From a virus (lineage: Duplodnaviria; Heunggongvirae; Uroviricota; Caudoviricetes), in the IMG/VR virus record IMGVR_UViG_3300020582_000005: 64,000 bases of DNA; one strand, written 5' to 3'. A program made the position numbers and the translations under genes. The notes beneath the pieces are model-generated. The model saw only the letters and a program-made list of their open reading frames with translations, did no database searches and had not been told where the DNA came from. Below, one piece after another: positions 27,519-37,400 of this stretch (positions are counted from its first letter, which is position 1; the number at the start of each line of letters is the position of its first letter).

Positions 27519-28920
27519 ACTGACACACTTCAAACAATACCCGCCAAAGACACAGTATGTCTACTCTTATCTAGAAAGTCGTGGCGGTCAATTCGACAAC
27601 ACAGTATTCTTTGGTCTGCAATATCTCTTGAAGAAATACTTGGTAGGGAAAGTATTCACACCGAAAGATATAGAAGCTGCAAATCGATTTGCTTTGGCAC
27701 ATTTCAGTCGAACCGATTGTTTCAACTATACCGGATGGTATCAGTTGTACAATAAATACGATGGTGTTCTGCCTATTAAGATTAAGGCAGTTCCTGAAGG
27801 CTCTGTTATTCCAGTTCATAATGTTTTGATGACAATCGAGAATACGGATGCGGACTTCCCGTGGCTGACGAATTATCTCGAAACGATTCTAATGAAGGTG
27901 TGGTATCCGACAACGGTTGCAACCCTGTCTCGGGAAATCAAGAAACTTATCACAGACTATCATACAAAGACAGGTTCAGACCTTAGTGGCATAAATTTCA
28001 AGCTACACGACTTTGGATACAGAGGGGTCAGTTCAGAGGAAACAGCAGGAGTTGGCGGGGCCGCTCATCTTCTTAATTTTCAGGGCACGGATACAATTGC
28101 CGGAATCTTGCATTTGCAAGAATATTATTCTAAAATCGAAGCAAAAGAGATAGTCACATCTACTCTTAAAAATGAGGGTGGTCAATTCCCAGGGCCAGGG
28201 ATGTACGGATTCAGTATTCCTGCAGCAGAGCATTCAACAATCACATCCTGGGGCAAAGATAACGAATATCAGGCAATGAAAAATATGCTTGATCAATATC
28301 CCGGCACTGTGGCCATTGTCAGTGATTCTTACGATTTGAAGGAAGCCGTCAATGTAGTTCTTGGATGGAAACTTCGAAATCAGATCATTCACCGAGATGG
28401 GGCTGTCGTGGTACGTCCAGACTCAGGGGACCCGGCGACTGCTGTAGGAAATGTCCTCGAATGGCTCGATAGTAAATATGGGTCCGAAGTAAATAGTAAA
28501 GGATTCAAGGTTCTTAATCCACACGTTAGAGTGATTCAAGGAGACGGAGTAAACTATGAATCCATCAGAGGGATTCTAGCGCATATCCACAATCGGGGGT
28601 GGGCGGCTGAAAACGTCGCATTCGGCATGGGTGGGGCGCTTCTACAGAGACTGGACCGAGATACGCAACGATTTGCTATCAAATGTTCCTCCATTACAGT
28701 TGACGGTGTGGAAAGAGACGTATGGAAAGAGACGATCACTGATACAAGTAAGGCTAGTAAACGGGGCCGCTTAGTTCTCGGGCACAATGGCAGAGAATTC
28801 ATCACCGTCAAAGCTGAACCCGGTCTGATATACACAAGCGATAATCTAAAAACAGTCTTTGAAAACGGGGAACTAAAAATCGACCAGACGGTAGAAGAAA
28901 TTAGGAAAAGGGCAGAGTAA
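27484..28920 (+). CDS. nadV: nicotinamide phosphoribosyltransferase (NAMPT/NadV)
   Basis: 478 aa. The N-terminus LLQTDSYKLTHFKQYP is typical of NAMPT. Length and domain order fit. Confidence 0.9.
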   Translation: MTNLLLQTDSYKLTHFKQYPPKTQYVYSYLESRGGQFDNTVFFGLQYLLKKYLVGKVFTPKDIEAANRFALAHFSRTDCFNYTGWYQLYNKYDGVLPIKIKAVPEGSVIPVHNVLMTIENTDADFPWLTNYLETILMKVWYPTTVATLSREIKKLITDYHTKTGSDLSGINFKLHDFGYRGVSSEETAGVGGAAHLLNFQGTDTIAGILHLQEYYSKIEAKEIVTSTLKNEGGQFPGPGMYGFSIPAAEHSTITSWGKDNEYQAMKNMLDQYPGTVAIVSDSYDLKEAVNVVLGWKLRNQIIHRDGAVVVRPDSGDPATAVGNVLEWLDSKYGSEVNSKGFKVLNPHVRVIQGDGVNYESIRGILAHIHNRGWAAENVAFGMGGALLQRLDRDTQRFAIKCSSITVDGVERDVWKETITDTSKASKRGRLVLGHNGREFITVKAEPGLIYTSDNLKTVFENGELKIDQTVEEIRKRAE

Positions 28921-29312
28921 TGGGTAGACCTCGTATTTATCCCGTTGAAACGTTGCCGCAAAGAGCACGCATTAACTTTAAACGATGGAGAAATAGTTTA
29001 ACTTTAAAAGAATTTACTTTGAAATTATATACATATCGCTTAAAATACAGGTTCAATTTAACTCCCGAGACTGTAAAGCGAATGTTTGAAAAACAGAGTG
29101 GTTTATGTAAACTATGTAGAGTAGCATTGAAGAAATGGGTTATAGATCACGATCACAAATGTTGTCCCGGCAGGCGATCTTGTGGTAAATGTGTTCGAGG
29201 TCTTTTGTGTATCCCATGCAACGCAATGCTTGGGCAACTCGACCGCATGTTAAGAATCGGATTTAAAAGAATCTGTAAGTATTTGAGGCTAAAGCATGAC
29301 TTGGCTATATGA
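28920..29312 (+). CDS. Endonuclease VII-like HNH nuclease
   Basis: CKLCRVALKKWVIDHDHKCCPGRRSCGKCVRGLLCIPCNAMLG matches the T4 gp49/Endo VII zinc-binding HNH signature. It is a paralog of the gene at 52764-53171. Confidence 0.7.
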   Translation: MGRPRIYPVETLPQRARINFKRWRNSLTLKEFTLKLYTYRLKYRFNLTPETVKRMFEKQSGLCKLCRVALKKWVIDHDHKCCPGRRSCGKCVRGLLCIPCNAMLGQLDRMLRIGFKRICKYLRLKHDLAI

Positions 29313-29417
29313 AGCTTTGTTCTGTCCTCAACACGGTTTATTAAAGCCAGATAATTTTATGGCTATCTGGGCAACAATTCAAGTCTCAACAATTCACGCT
29401 AGGTTTTATCTAACGAA

Positions 29418-29807
29418 GTGGTTCGGCATATGAACACGATCTACATTCCATCGCTTGCCCATATTTTTATCGTTGAGGATGATCTAAGCCGTATTGGATG
29501 GTTTATTAATAAACTCGGTTCCAAAATTATTGGAATACACGACAAACCTGCAAATGCTATCCAAGCCCTGCGAGCATTTAACATAAACGAAATTGATATG
29601 TTCTTTCTCGATCACGATCTAGGCGGTCCATTCGAGCCACCTTTTAGCACTGATATAGCGAAGTATATGTTTGAACAAGACCCAAAGATTGGCAGACGAA
29701 CTATCATACACAGCTGCAATCCCGCTGGTACACGAAACCTTGAAGTGATTCTGCCGGGAGCGATACAGCTTCCGTTTGGAACATTTGATATTCAGGACAA
29801 AGAATGA
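29418..29807 (+). CDS. hypothetical protein, possible receiver(REC)-like fold
   Basis: IFIVEDD...IDMFFLDHDLGG weakly recalls a CheY-like acidic pocket. Low confidence. Confidence 0.35.
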   Translation: MVRHMNTIYIPSLAHIFIVEDDLSRIGWFINKLGSKIIGIHDKPANAIQALRAFNINEIDMFFLDHDLGGPFEPPFSTDIAKYMFEQDPKIGRRTIIHSCNPAGTRNLEVILPGAIQLPFGTFDIQDKE

Positions 29808-29976
29808 GAGAAAAACTACATAAAGCCGGGATAACTTTCGATGGGCACGTAACAAACGGAAGTCTTGACGCTCAAATAAAAGTCATCGTAGATTTCTTAG
29901 AGTCTGAGCGTGGCCCTGACAGTGGGGGAGAATACGCTAAAGAGGATTGGGACGAATTAATAGAGAGGATTAAATC

Positions 29977-30525
29977 GTGACGAGCATTAAACAGTTTTAC
30001 CTTTTAAAATTGATTGAAGAGTGTTCCGAAGTAGCTCAACAAGCTGCCAAGCAAATACAGTTTGGACATTTCTCAACAAGTCAGACAACTGGCAAGAGAT
30101 ATGACAATACAGCGTTGCTACGTGCTGAAGTTAACGATATTCTCGCCACGCTAGATGTACTAATGGACTTGGGAGAGCTTCCTGAAATTTCTCCTCAAGA
30201 ATTGCTTGAAGCTAAAAACAAGAAACGAAATCGAATCATGGAGTATCTACAACACTCACAGGCACTTGGTCTAGTTGAAAAAAACTTCAAGGATTATGAA
30301 GCCGTGGAATATCCACACCGATTTGGATCTATGTCCGATTTGTGCATAGACTGCGGAATCGGGACTGGTTGGTTTGGACGTAATTATGGAAAACCGTGTC
30401 CTGAAAGAAAACAAACTAAAAAATTTGAACGGGGATATTGCGGTTGTAGAGAATATCCTGACGGAGATGCTTGCCTTCTACCTAACAACCACGACGGGAG
30501 GCACGACTGGCAAAATAAGCCTTGA
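29977..30525 (+). CDS. MazG-like nucleotide pyrophosphohydrolase (putative)
   Basis: KLIEECSEVAQQ and the downstream E/D pattern resemble the MazG EExxE helix. The C-terminal Cys cluster is extra. Confidence 0.45.
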   Translation: MTSIKQFYLLKLIEECSEVAQQAAKQIQFGHFSTSQTTGKRYDNTALLRAEVNDILATLDVLMDLGELPEISPQELLEAKNKKRNRIMEYLQHSQALGLVEKNFKDYEAVEYPHRFGSMSDLCIDCGIGTGWFGRNYGKPCPERKQTKKFERGYCGCREYPDGDACLLPNNHDGRHDWQNKP

Positions 30526-30550
30526 CAAACATCTGAAAGTTTGATATTCT
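30522..30550 (+). promoter_or_regulatory. sigma70-like promoter, TTGACA(30522-30527)-17 nt-TATTCT(30545-30550)
   Basis: AAAATAAGCCTTGACAAACATCTGAAAGTTTGATATTCT is a near-identical copy of 19292-19330. The ATG of the integrase lies at 30558. Confidence 0.65.
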
Positions 30551-30557
30551 TCTGATT

Positions 30558-31490
30558 ATGAAGCTAAGCGAACAGTCTGAAAGGTTCATCCGTCAAATCG
30601 CTAACCGGAAGCGTGCTCCTGCCCGTTTAGCTACGCTCAAGACCTTCCAAAACCGGTTAAATAGCGTTATCCTGCCTCGACTTGGCGAGATGGACCTTAA
30701 AGACATTGAAAATGGCGTCGTACGGCGGTTTATAGCTGACATTTCTCAGGAATTAGCTCCAAGCACCGTGACAGCTACTTTGTCACTCTTAAAGGCTGTA
30801 ATAGCCTCTGCTGTGGATGAAAATGGCAATCGGACATATAACCGGACCTGGAATGCTGACTTTATAGACGCCCCTTTGATAGTCCAGAAAGACCTAAATG
30901 CCCCTGTAATAGGCCGGGAATCGCTTTCAGAGGCGATTTCCAAGGCTCAGGGAGTAGATAAGCCTCTATATGCCATCCTAGCCGGAACGGGGCTTAGAAT
31001 CGGAGAGTGCCTAGCTCTGGGAACCGGACAGGGAACCGGTCTAAACATCTGGAATCCGGCTAAGGCTACTTTAAGCATTCGAAGCACTGTTTTACAGAAC
31101 GGAGAGATTCAACCGATGCCTAAAACAGAAGCAGGCATTAGAGAGGTTGATATTCATCCAGAATTGAACAAATTTCTCACTGGCACTCTCTTAAGAGAGG
31201 GCGAGAAAAGGGGTTTGTTATTCCAAAACAGTAATAAACCCCTTGTTTATTCTACAGTACTTCGCCGGATGCATAAACTAGGAATCGAAGAGGCATTTCA
31301 TGCCTTTCGCCGCTTTCGTGTGACACATCTTGAAGCCAATAACGTGCCGCATACTTTGATTCAATTTTGGGTTGGACATGCCGCCGGAGATATTACGGAT
31401 CAATACACTAGGATTGGTTCCGATATTCAAACTCGAAAAGAATGGTGCGAAAAGGTTGGTTTAGGGTTCAAAATTCCTGATGTGGGATAG
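30558..31490 (+). CDS. int: tyrosine integrase/recombinase
   Basis: The catalytic residues are in order: R (GLRIGE), HAFRRFRVTHL (H-x-x-R), VGH, and the Tyr in DQYTRIG. Confidence 0.8.
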   Translation: MKLSEQSERFIRQIANRKRAPARLATLKTFQNRLNSVILPRLGEMDLKDIENGVVRRFIADISQELAPSTVTATLSLLKAVIASAVDENGNRTYNRTWNADFIDAPLIVQKDLNAPVIGRESLSEAISKAQGVDKPLYAILAGTGLRIGECLALGTGQGTGLNIWNPAKATLSIRSTVLQNGEIQPMPKTEAGIREVDIHPELNKFLTGTLLREGEKRGLLFQNSNKPLVYSTVLRRMHKLGIEEAFHAFRRFRVTHLEANNVPHTLIQFWVGHAAGDITDQYTRIGSDIQTRKEWCEKVGLGFKIPDVG

Positions 31491-31595
31491 CACAGATTAC
31501 ATGATTTTAGGTATATTTAGTTTACTGTTAATTGCAATCGGCTCCATATGTTATGCTGTAATTTGTTTAATTCTAGACAAATAAAAAGAGGAGAT

Positions 31596-32483
31596 ATGGG
31601 AATATTGTTTTTTCTGTTGTTCGTAGCGGGGATTATTTTGGCAATTGTGTTGCCGATAGTAACATTCGTTCAGACTGAGAAGGTTAAGCTAAGCCGTTCG
31701 ATTCCAGGTATTGGAGTCGCTCTGTTTTTCTTGACACTTGCTCTGTCTTTTACTACAATCGATGCTGGCAGTGTCGGTATTGTCAAGCGATTCGGACAGG
31801 CCACCCGCCAGCTACAACCAGGAGCGCACTTTGTTCTGCCATATGCAGACACTGTCACACCTGTTGCCGTTCAAACTAGAATTGTCAAGCCAAGCGAAGA
31901 GGCTTCTAGCCGTGATCTTCAGATGGTAAATTTTGAAGTCACATTCGCTTATCATGTTGATTCAGCGCACGCAACAGAAATCTTGACTCAATTAAATGAT
32001 GATGCTGAATCCCGTGTGATCACTCCAGCTATTCTTGAAGCTATTAAGTCTGTCACAGCGCAATACGATGTGCAAGAATTGGTTGGCAAGCGACCGGAAG
32101 TTCGGGATAAGATCGAATCGTTTGTCAAGACCCGATTGCTCCCTTACCACATTGTAGCTGAAACCGTCAGCATCACTAACTTCAAATTTTCTGAGCAGTA
32201 CGAACAGAGCATTGAAGCCAAGGTGACGGCTCAGCAAAATGCCGAGAAAGCCTTGAACGATCTACAGCGTATTAAAACTGAGGCGCAACAAAAGATCGAA
32301 CAAGCTAAGGGAGAAGCTGAAGCTCTGAAGTCTCAGAAGGAACAAATCACGCCTGAACTTCTTCAGCTTCGCACGATTGAAATGATGTCAAAGAATTGGG
32401 ATGGTCATCTACCAACTACCATGGTAGGCGGAAGCGGAGCACTCCCAATGTTGGATGTTCTTGAAGCAGCACGAAAGAAGTAG
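31596..32483 (+). CDS. SPFH/band-7 (stomatin/prohibitin-like) membrane protein
   Basis: The RBS AAAGAGGAG precedes the ATG at 31596. An N-terminal TM helix is followed by the SPFH core GIVKRFGQATRQLQPGAHFVLPYADTV and a coiled-coil C-terminus. Confidence 0.75.
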   Translation: MGILFFLLFVAGIILAIVLPIVTFVQTEKVKLSRSIPGIGVALFFLTLALSFTTIDAGSVGIVKRFGQATRQLQPGAHFVLPYADTVTPVAVQTRIVKPSEEASSRDLQMVNFEVTFAYHVDSAHATEILTQLNDDAESRVITPAILEAIKSVTAQYDVQELVGKRPEVRDKIESFVKTRLLPYHIVAETVSITNFKFSEQYEQSIEAKVTAQQNAEKALNDLQRIKTEAQQKIEQAKGEAEALKSQKEQITPELLQLRTIEMMSKNWDGHLPTTMVGGSGALPMLDVLEAARKK

Positions 32484-32533
32484 ATGAGGAAAAGGGGCCG
32501 GAGCAATCCGGCTCCGATCCCAGAAAGACTAAA

Positions 32534-32788
32534 ATGAAAAAGATAGGAATTGCGATAAGTATAATACTCGTGGTAGGATACTTCGTAATTAAAACTAAAG
32601 CACAACAATATCCGCCTGTATTTCAAAATTATCAAACATCTTTAACTTATTTTTGGGATTCACGAACGAATTTATGTTTTGCATATGTGGAAATCGACAA
32701 TCTCTATAGAACTCCATCTTTAGGATTCACGATCACAAATGTTCCTTGTACAGATTCAGTTAAGAAAATAATAAATAAGGAACAATGA
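32534..32788 (+). CDS. small secreted protein (signal peptide)
   Basis: MKKIGIAISIILVVGYFVIKTKA has signal-peptide character. Confidence 0.4.
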   Translation: MKKIGIAISIILVVGYFVIKTKAQQYPPVFQNYQTSLTYFWDSRTNLCFAYVEIDNLYRTPSLGFTITNVPCTDSVKKIINKEQ

Positions 32789-33108
32789 TGATCGAAGGCA
32801 TAGTCTGGACAAAGAAAGATGACAGATGGGAAATGACCGATAACTGGCCTGCAGGTCGCCGCAGTGCCCGAATTATCATAGACGATCAACCTGAGGCGTT
32901 TGGGAATTACAGCCAGTCTGAAGCCGTGAAGATCATCACTGATGCCATAACAAAAAAGCAAACTAAAGATCATTACAAATACACAATCATTCCGGGCAAA
33001 GAAATGACGCAGGAGTCAAAAGAAAAATTGATTGAATTTACAAAACGGAAGAAGCAGGAACGTGGTGAGATTGAGCCTGTGGAATCTTACATCTCAAAGG
33101 AAGAATGA
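32785..33108 (+). CDS. hypothetical protein
   Basis: 107 aa, ATGA-coupled. Confidence 0.4.
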   Translation: MMIEGIVWTKKDDRWEMTDNWPAGRRSARIIIDDQPEAFGNYSQSEAVKIITDAITKKQTKDHYKYTIIPGKEMTQESKEKLIEFTKRKKQERGEIEPVESYISKEE

Positions 33109-33296
33109 TGGAAACTTATACGCTAAGATTATTTTACGATGGACAGCGAGATTTTCAGGAAGAGGAATTCCAAGCGGTAACTTCGACTGTAGCTTTTTAT
33201 CATGCAGCCGATGAAGCAAAGAAATTCAAAGCTAGTCACTTTAATGTTAATTTAGGAAGGATCGAACGAGAGGAATATGGAAAACAAAGGCGGTGA
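33105..33296 (+). CDS. hypothetical protein
   Basis: 63 aa, ATGA-coupled. Confidence 0.35.
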   Translation: MMETYTLRLFYDGQRDFQEEEFQAVTSTVAFYHAADEAKKFKASHFNVNLGRIEREEYGKQRR

Positions 33297-33428
33297 TGTT
33301 CTAGCCAGCGGTGGAGTTAAATGCCAATTTCCCCCCGCAGGAAGCGGCGTGACTCAAAAGAAATGGGACGAGATATGGAAGGATTATGTCCCCGAAAAAA
33401 CTTACATTAAACCGAAACGAAAGAAGAA

Positions 33429-33611
33429 ATGATTCTTCCAAGAGACACATACGAATTGAATCATTTAATAGCTAAAGTACAAGCCGCTGAGCTATTATTT
33501 CGAATTGAACGAGACTCTTTTTCTGGTATACCAACAGAACTAGACTCCTGTGCTAGGCTATGGAAAGCAAAACAGGAACTAGAAATTTACTACAAAGTTC
33601 ATTTTGAGTAA
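33429..33611 (+). CDS. hypothetical protein
   Basis: 60 aa. Its stop lies immediately before palindrome copy 1. Confidence 0.35.
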   Translation: MILPRDTYELNHLIAKVQAAELLFRIERDSFSGIPTELDSCARLWKAKQELEIYYKVHFE

Positions 33612-33612
33612 G

Positions 33613-33633
33613 CAATCAATGCACGATTGATTG
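33613..33633 (+). promoter_or_regulatory. palindromic element copy 1: CAATCAAT-gcacg-ATTGATTG followed by TAC
   Basis: An 8-bp inverted repeat read directly from the sequence. It lies upstream of an RBS (AAGGAG) and the ATG at 33664. Confidence 0.5.
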
Positions 33634-34022
33634 TACTGCGACTGAGAACAAAGGAGTTACGAAATGTCGAAGAAATGCGAACATTGCGTCTATCCCGGCT
33701 GGAATCCGGTTTCGGTTTCTGACGGAAATGCTTACTCCTACAACTACGAATTACGACAGGACTCGCACATCGAATACCGGCCCTGTATATATTGCAATAA
33801 AGACGGCAAGAAACCGAGGACGTACCCGCACCTATGAGAAAAATTACGATCTATCGGGACGATTCAACAACGCAAGTCGTTTACGACCGAGTGAAACATT
33901 TCTTCTGGACGGCAAATAACTCTGTGTTAGTGATCGCCCAATATACAAAACCACCGAAGCACCGTTATATCCAGTGGCCTCGGGAGCGGTTTTGCTGGTT
34001 CAAGGACGAAGAAGATAAAGTG

Positions 34023-34043
34023 CAATCAAGAGCGTATTGATTG
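34023..34043 (+). promoter_or_regulatory. palindromic element copy 2: CAATCAA-gagcgta-TTGATTG followed by TAC
   Basis: A 7-bp inverted repeat with the same half-sites as copy 1. It is followed by the RBS AAAGGAG and the ATG at 34074. Confidence 0.5.
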
Positions 34044-34197
34044 TACTCGGAACGGAAACAAAGGAGATAGCAAATGGACGTACTAAATTGGATTGGCGAC
34101 CACCCGATACTCACTTTTGTGATACTCATCGTAGTGGCAAATTTTGTCCTTCGCCTATGCGGAAAGTAGCACGCTGATTGCACCGGAGGAAACGAAA

Positions 34198-34404
34198 ATG
34201 GCCGAGATTGAACGCTGTCCGCAATGTGACGACTATACCGTATGCGGGCATCCTTATCACAAATTGATAGTCCAAGCCAATCTAATCGCTCTACGTGCAC
34301 TGTGGATGGAGAGGGCGAAGCAATTAAGAAAAGATACCGCCTATACAGACTGCGCCGTGACGTTAGAGGCTTGCGCCGACGATCTTTCGTCTTTATTTCG
34401 TTAG
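34198..34404 (+). CDS. small Cys-rich (zinc-ribbon-like) protein
   Basis: MAEIERCPQCDDYTVCGHPYH. This is the last plus-strand gene before the convergence point. Confidence 0.35.
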   Translation: MAEIERCPQCDDYTVCGHPYHKLIVQANLIALRALWMERAKQLRKDTAYTDCAVTLEACADDLSSLFR

Positions 34405-34410
34405 AAAGTG

Positions 34411-34432
34411 CAATCAACACGCTAGTTGATTG
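34411..34432. terminator. palindromic element copy 3 / putative bidirectional terminator: CAATCAAC-acgcta-GTTGATTG
   Basis: An 8-bp stem lies exactly between the convergent stop codons at 34402-34404 (+) and 34438-34440 (-). A TTTT run follows on the plus strand. Confidence 0.45.
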
Positions 34433-34437
34433 TAGTT

Positions 34438-37400
34438 TTAAGAAGCCTTTCTTTGAGCAGCCTGTCTATATTGCTCTCGACTCTTTTCTAATTGCTCAGT
34501 GACGGCTTCTTTCGTAACCTTGTCTACCGGCAACGCTAATGTCGATCCCGAAGTAGGATCGTGAAATAAAGCCATATCTGGAATATTCAATTCTTTATCA
34601 CCTTTCCAAATTCCACCGGGTATAGCACCAGCTTCCTTGATCGGCGCATCGTACTCTCCTGTTGTCCGCTCTGGCGGTAACGAATTCTCTGTTTTAAGCA
34701 ATGTACCACCCGGCCCTGTACCGGTTGGAGGTGGTTTATAAGGCAATCTTAGAGATTCAAATAAGTCTCTTTTAAAAGCATCGTCATCGGTTTCTCTTAT
34801 TTCGTCGGCGGCAGTTCCCGCAGCTTCTCCTGTATCGCTTGACGCAACACTCGTTTCTCGGTTGGATTCGCCTGCCGGATTGTGTTCCGTACCGACTCCA
34901 TGAGTTCCTTCAGGGTTGTTTGCATTTTTTCCTCTCAAACTATCTAATCTATCTTTAAATTCCATCAATCTAATTACACTATAGTGATGTGATTCAGGAA
35001 GACCACGCTCTCGTGTATCCGAAAATTCGTTGATCAAATTTTCTACTTCTGGGTCCGATAGAGTAGCCTTTGCTCTTGTTATTCCCCACTCAATAAACTT
35101 ATCTTTTTCTTCTTCTGACAAACCAAGTAAATCCAGCGCATCTTTAACTTCTCTAAGATCAGCTCCTAAAGCTTTATTATCTTCTATCTTAACACCATCG
35201 TATAATTCATTCGCAGCAGCACCAGCTAAATACATAGACAAAACATCAGGAAGACGTTCTTTTAATCCTTTAGGCTCTAATGTACCATCTGATCTTTTAA
35301 CTAAGTCCTCTGGTAAACTAACACGTAAAGCAGCTATTGTCTGCGGAGAAGCAGCCACATGTTCACCGCTAATAATATCGTGAACTTCAAAACCCGCCAT
35401 ATATGCTAATACCGCATGAGCTAATTCGTGATTCAAGATAGCTTTTGTGTCTAATCCTGTTTGACTTTTAATTTCAGACGGTGCTTCAAATTCACCGTAT
35501 GCCTTAACTAGTTTCGGCGCAGGCTCAGCTGCGCCCTGCTCTTTTGGGCGTTTAAAGCCCTCTGGAATTCTACCACCAAATATTTGTTCTAACTGATGTT
35601 GTGCTGCATCTTTCTCTACGGATGTGGCTGTAGGATTTTCGAGAGCTTCTCGTAAACTGTTTATATAATTACTAATTTTATTCAAATCCTCTGGATACAT
35701 TTCTAGCGGAGTAGGTTTACCCTGAAGCCGTCCAAACAACGGTATAGGACCATATGGAATTTCTTCCTGACCTTTCGCCTCAGGAGTTTCTGGCTTCTGA
35801 ATTCTTCCTCTGATCTGTTGTTCTTCTGGAGTCTCTGTGACAAACTTATCAGCCTCAGGGTGATTTAAAGCACGATCCAGCAATTCAGACCGAGTCAAAT
35901 CCTCAGGAACTTCTGGCGGTGGAAGAAGCTTTTCTCCAGCTTCTCTTCCTAGATAAGCTCCAGCCGCAGCACCCAAAGCGCCTGATTTAGAACCCACTAA
36001 AGCACCAGCTACCGGAGCCACGCCTCGTGCGACTCTACGTGTCAAAGGTTCTTCAGGTGCTTCCGGCGCTGTTCCCTTAACTTGCTGATCAGCACCATAA
36101 ACCTTATCCAACACAGCGTTCTTAAATGAAATAAGATTTCCGATAATATCTCGACGAAAATCACGAGCCGTGACACCTTTATCTAAACCGTGAGCATCAA
36201 TTGTATCGTAAACTCCGTCACGAAGAACATCCTTAGCTACTTGTAAAGCAGCGTATTTAGGATCAACGTTTTCGATTCGAACTTGTTGATAATCTGGTTT
36301 CTTTTCTATAGCTGTTGTTTGATCATTCAATTGTCGACGAATTCTGTCCGCATCGCTAACCGTCACAGACTTACCTTTAGTCAAACCGAATTTTTCCAAC
36401 TCATCCATCGCCTTATCTACGAATCCAGCTTCAGCGTACTTTCTAGAGTCTAATTCACTCTTAACTTCGTCCCAAACGTTGACGGGTTTGTTATTCTTTA
36501 AGATAGGCTCATCCGGAACCTGCTTAATAGCACCTTGCATAACCTTATCTTCAGCTTTGGTAATTTGGCTCTGTAAGGCTTCAGCCGCCTCTGCCGGATC
36601 GTGTATGGTGTTTAGCTTGTGTTCAGCCGCAAGAGCGTTATAAGCGACCTGAGGTGCCTTCTCAACGTCGTAAGGATTGGTCTTAGAAGGCGGAAAAGCG
36701 TCAGCGATATCCTTGATTGGATTTGACTTTACTTCTACCCTTGGCACAGATATCTTATCTTTAACAGCTGCAGCAACCTTACCTGGAGCCTCTTTAACTG
36801 CTGTAGCTGTTTTACCAGCTACTTCAGCAACCTTTCCAGCTACAGCACGATCTGTCGGAGAAGCGACTTCCAGCGGTTTACCAGCCATATCGTACATACC
36901 GGCCACAGTCAACGCACCACTCAACAAAAGATGAGTTCCTTCATACAGAACTTTTGAGGAATCGCCCTTATCCCACGCTTTCTTAACTTCAGGGAATCGA
37001 TTGTACATATCGACAATCTGTTGTGAAGTCAAACCAAGATTCGCCAATTGATGCACTGCATAAATCTTTGCCGCAGAATCTATCATTCCCAAACCGCCAG
37101 ATGCAGCAATCAAACCAAGATTAATTGGAGAAGTCATTCCTTCAGCGAATTCTAATCCGGCTTTCAAAATAGGATGCTTCTGTCCGTCGATTTGTTCTGA
37201 ACCTTTTGTCAATGAAGCGGTAGCCATCTTTTTATAACCCTGTGCCGCTTGCTTAGCTCCACCGACAATATCTCCCTGAAGCATTCGGCGAATACCCTCA
37301 CCAGCTGCCGGAGCTTCGCCCAAAACAGTCCCCGGACCGGCTACTTCCTGTTTCAACTGCTCTATCATCCCTTGTTGTTTCTGAACATCTTCAGGAACTG

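Noticed and set aside
31490-31600. attP core or tRNA fragment next to the integrase
   Set aside because: No tRNA-like 3' end was seen in the 100-nt gap. It contains only a 27-codon hydrophobic mini-ORF and the SPFH RBS.
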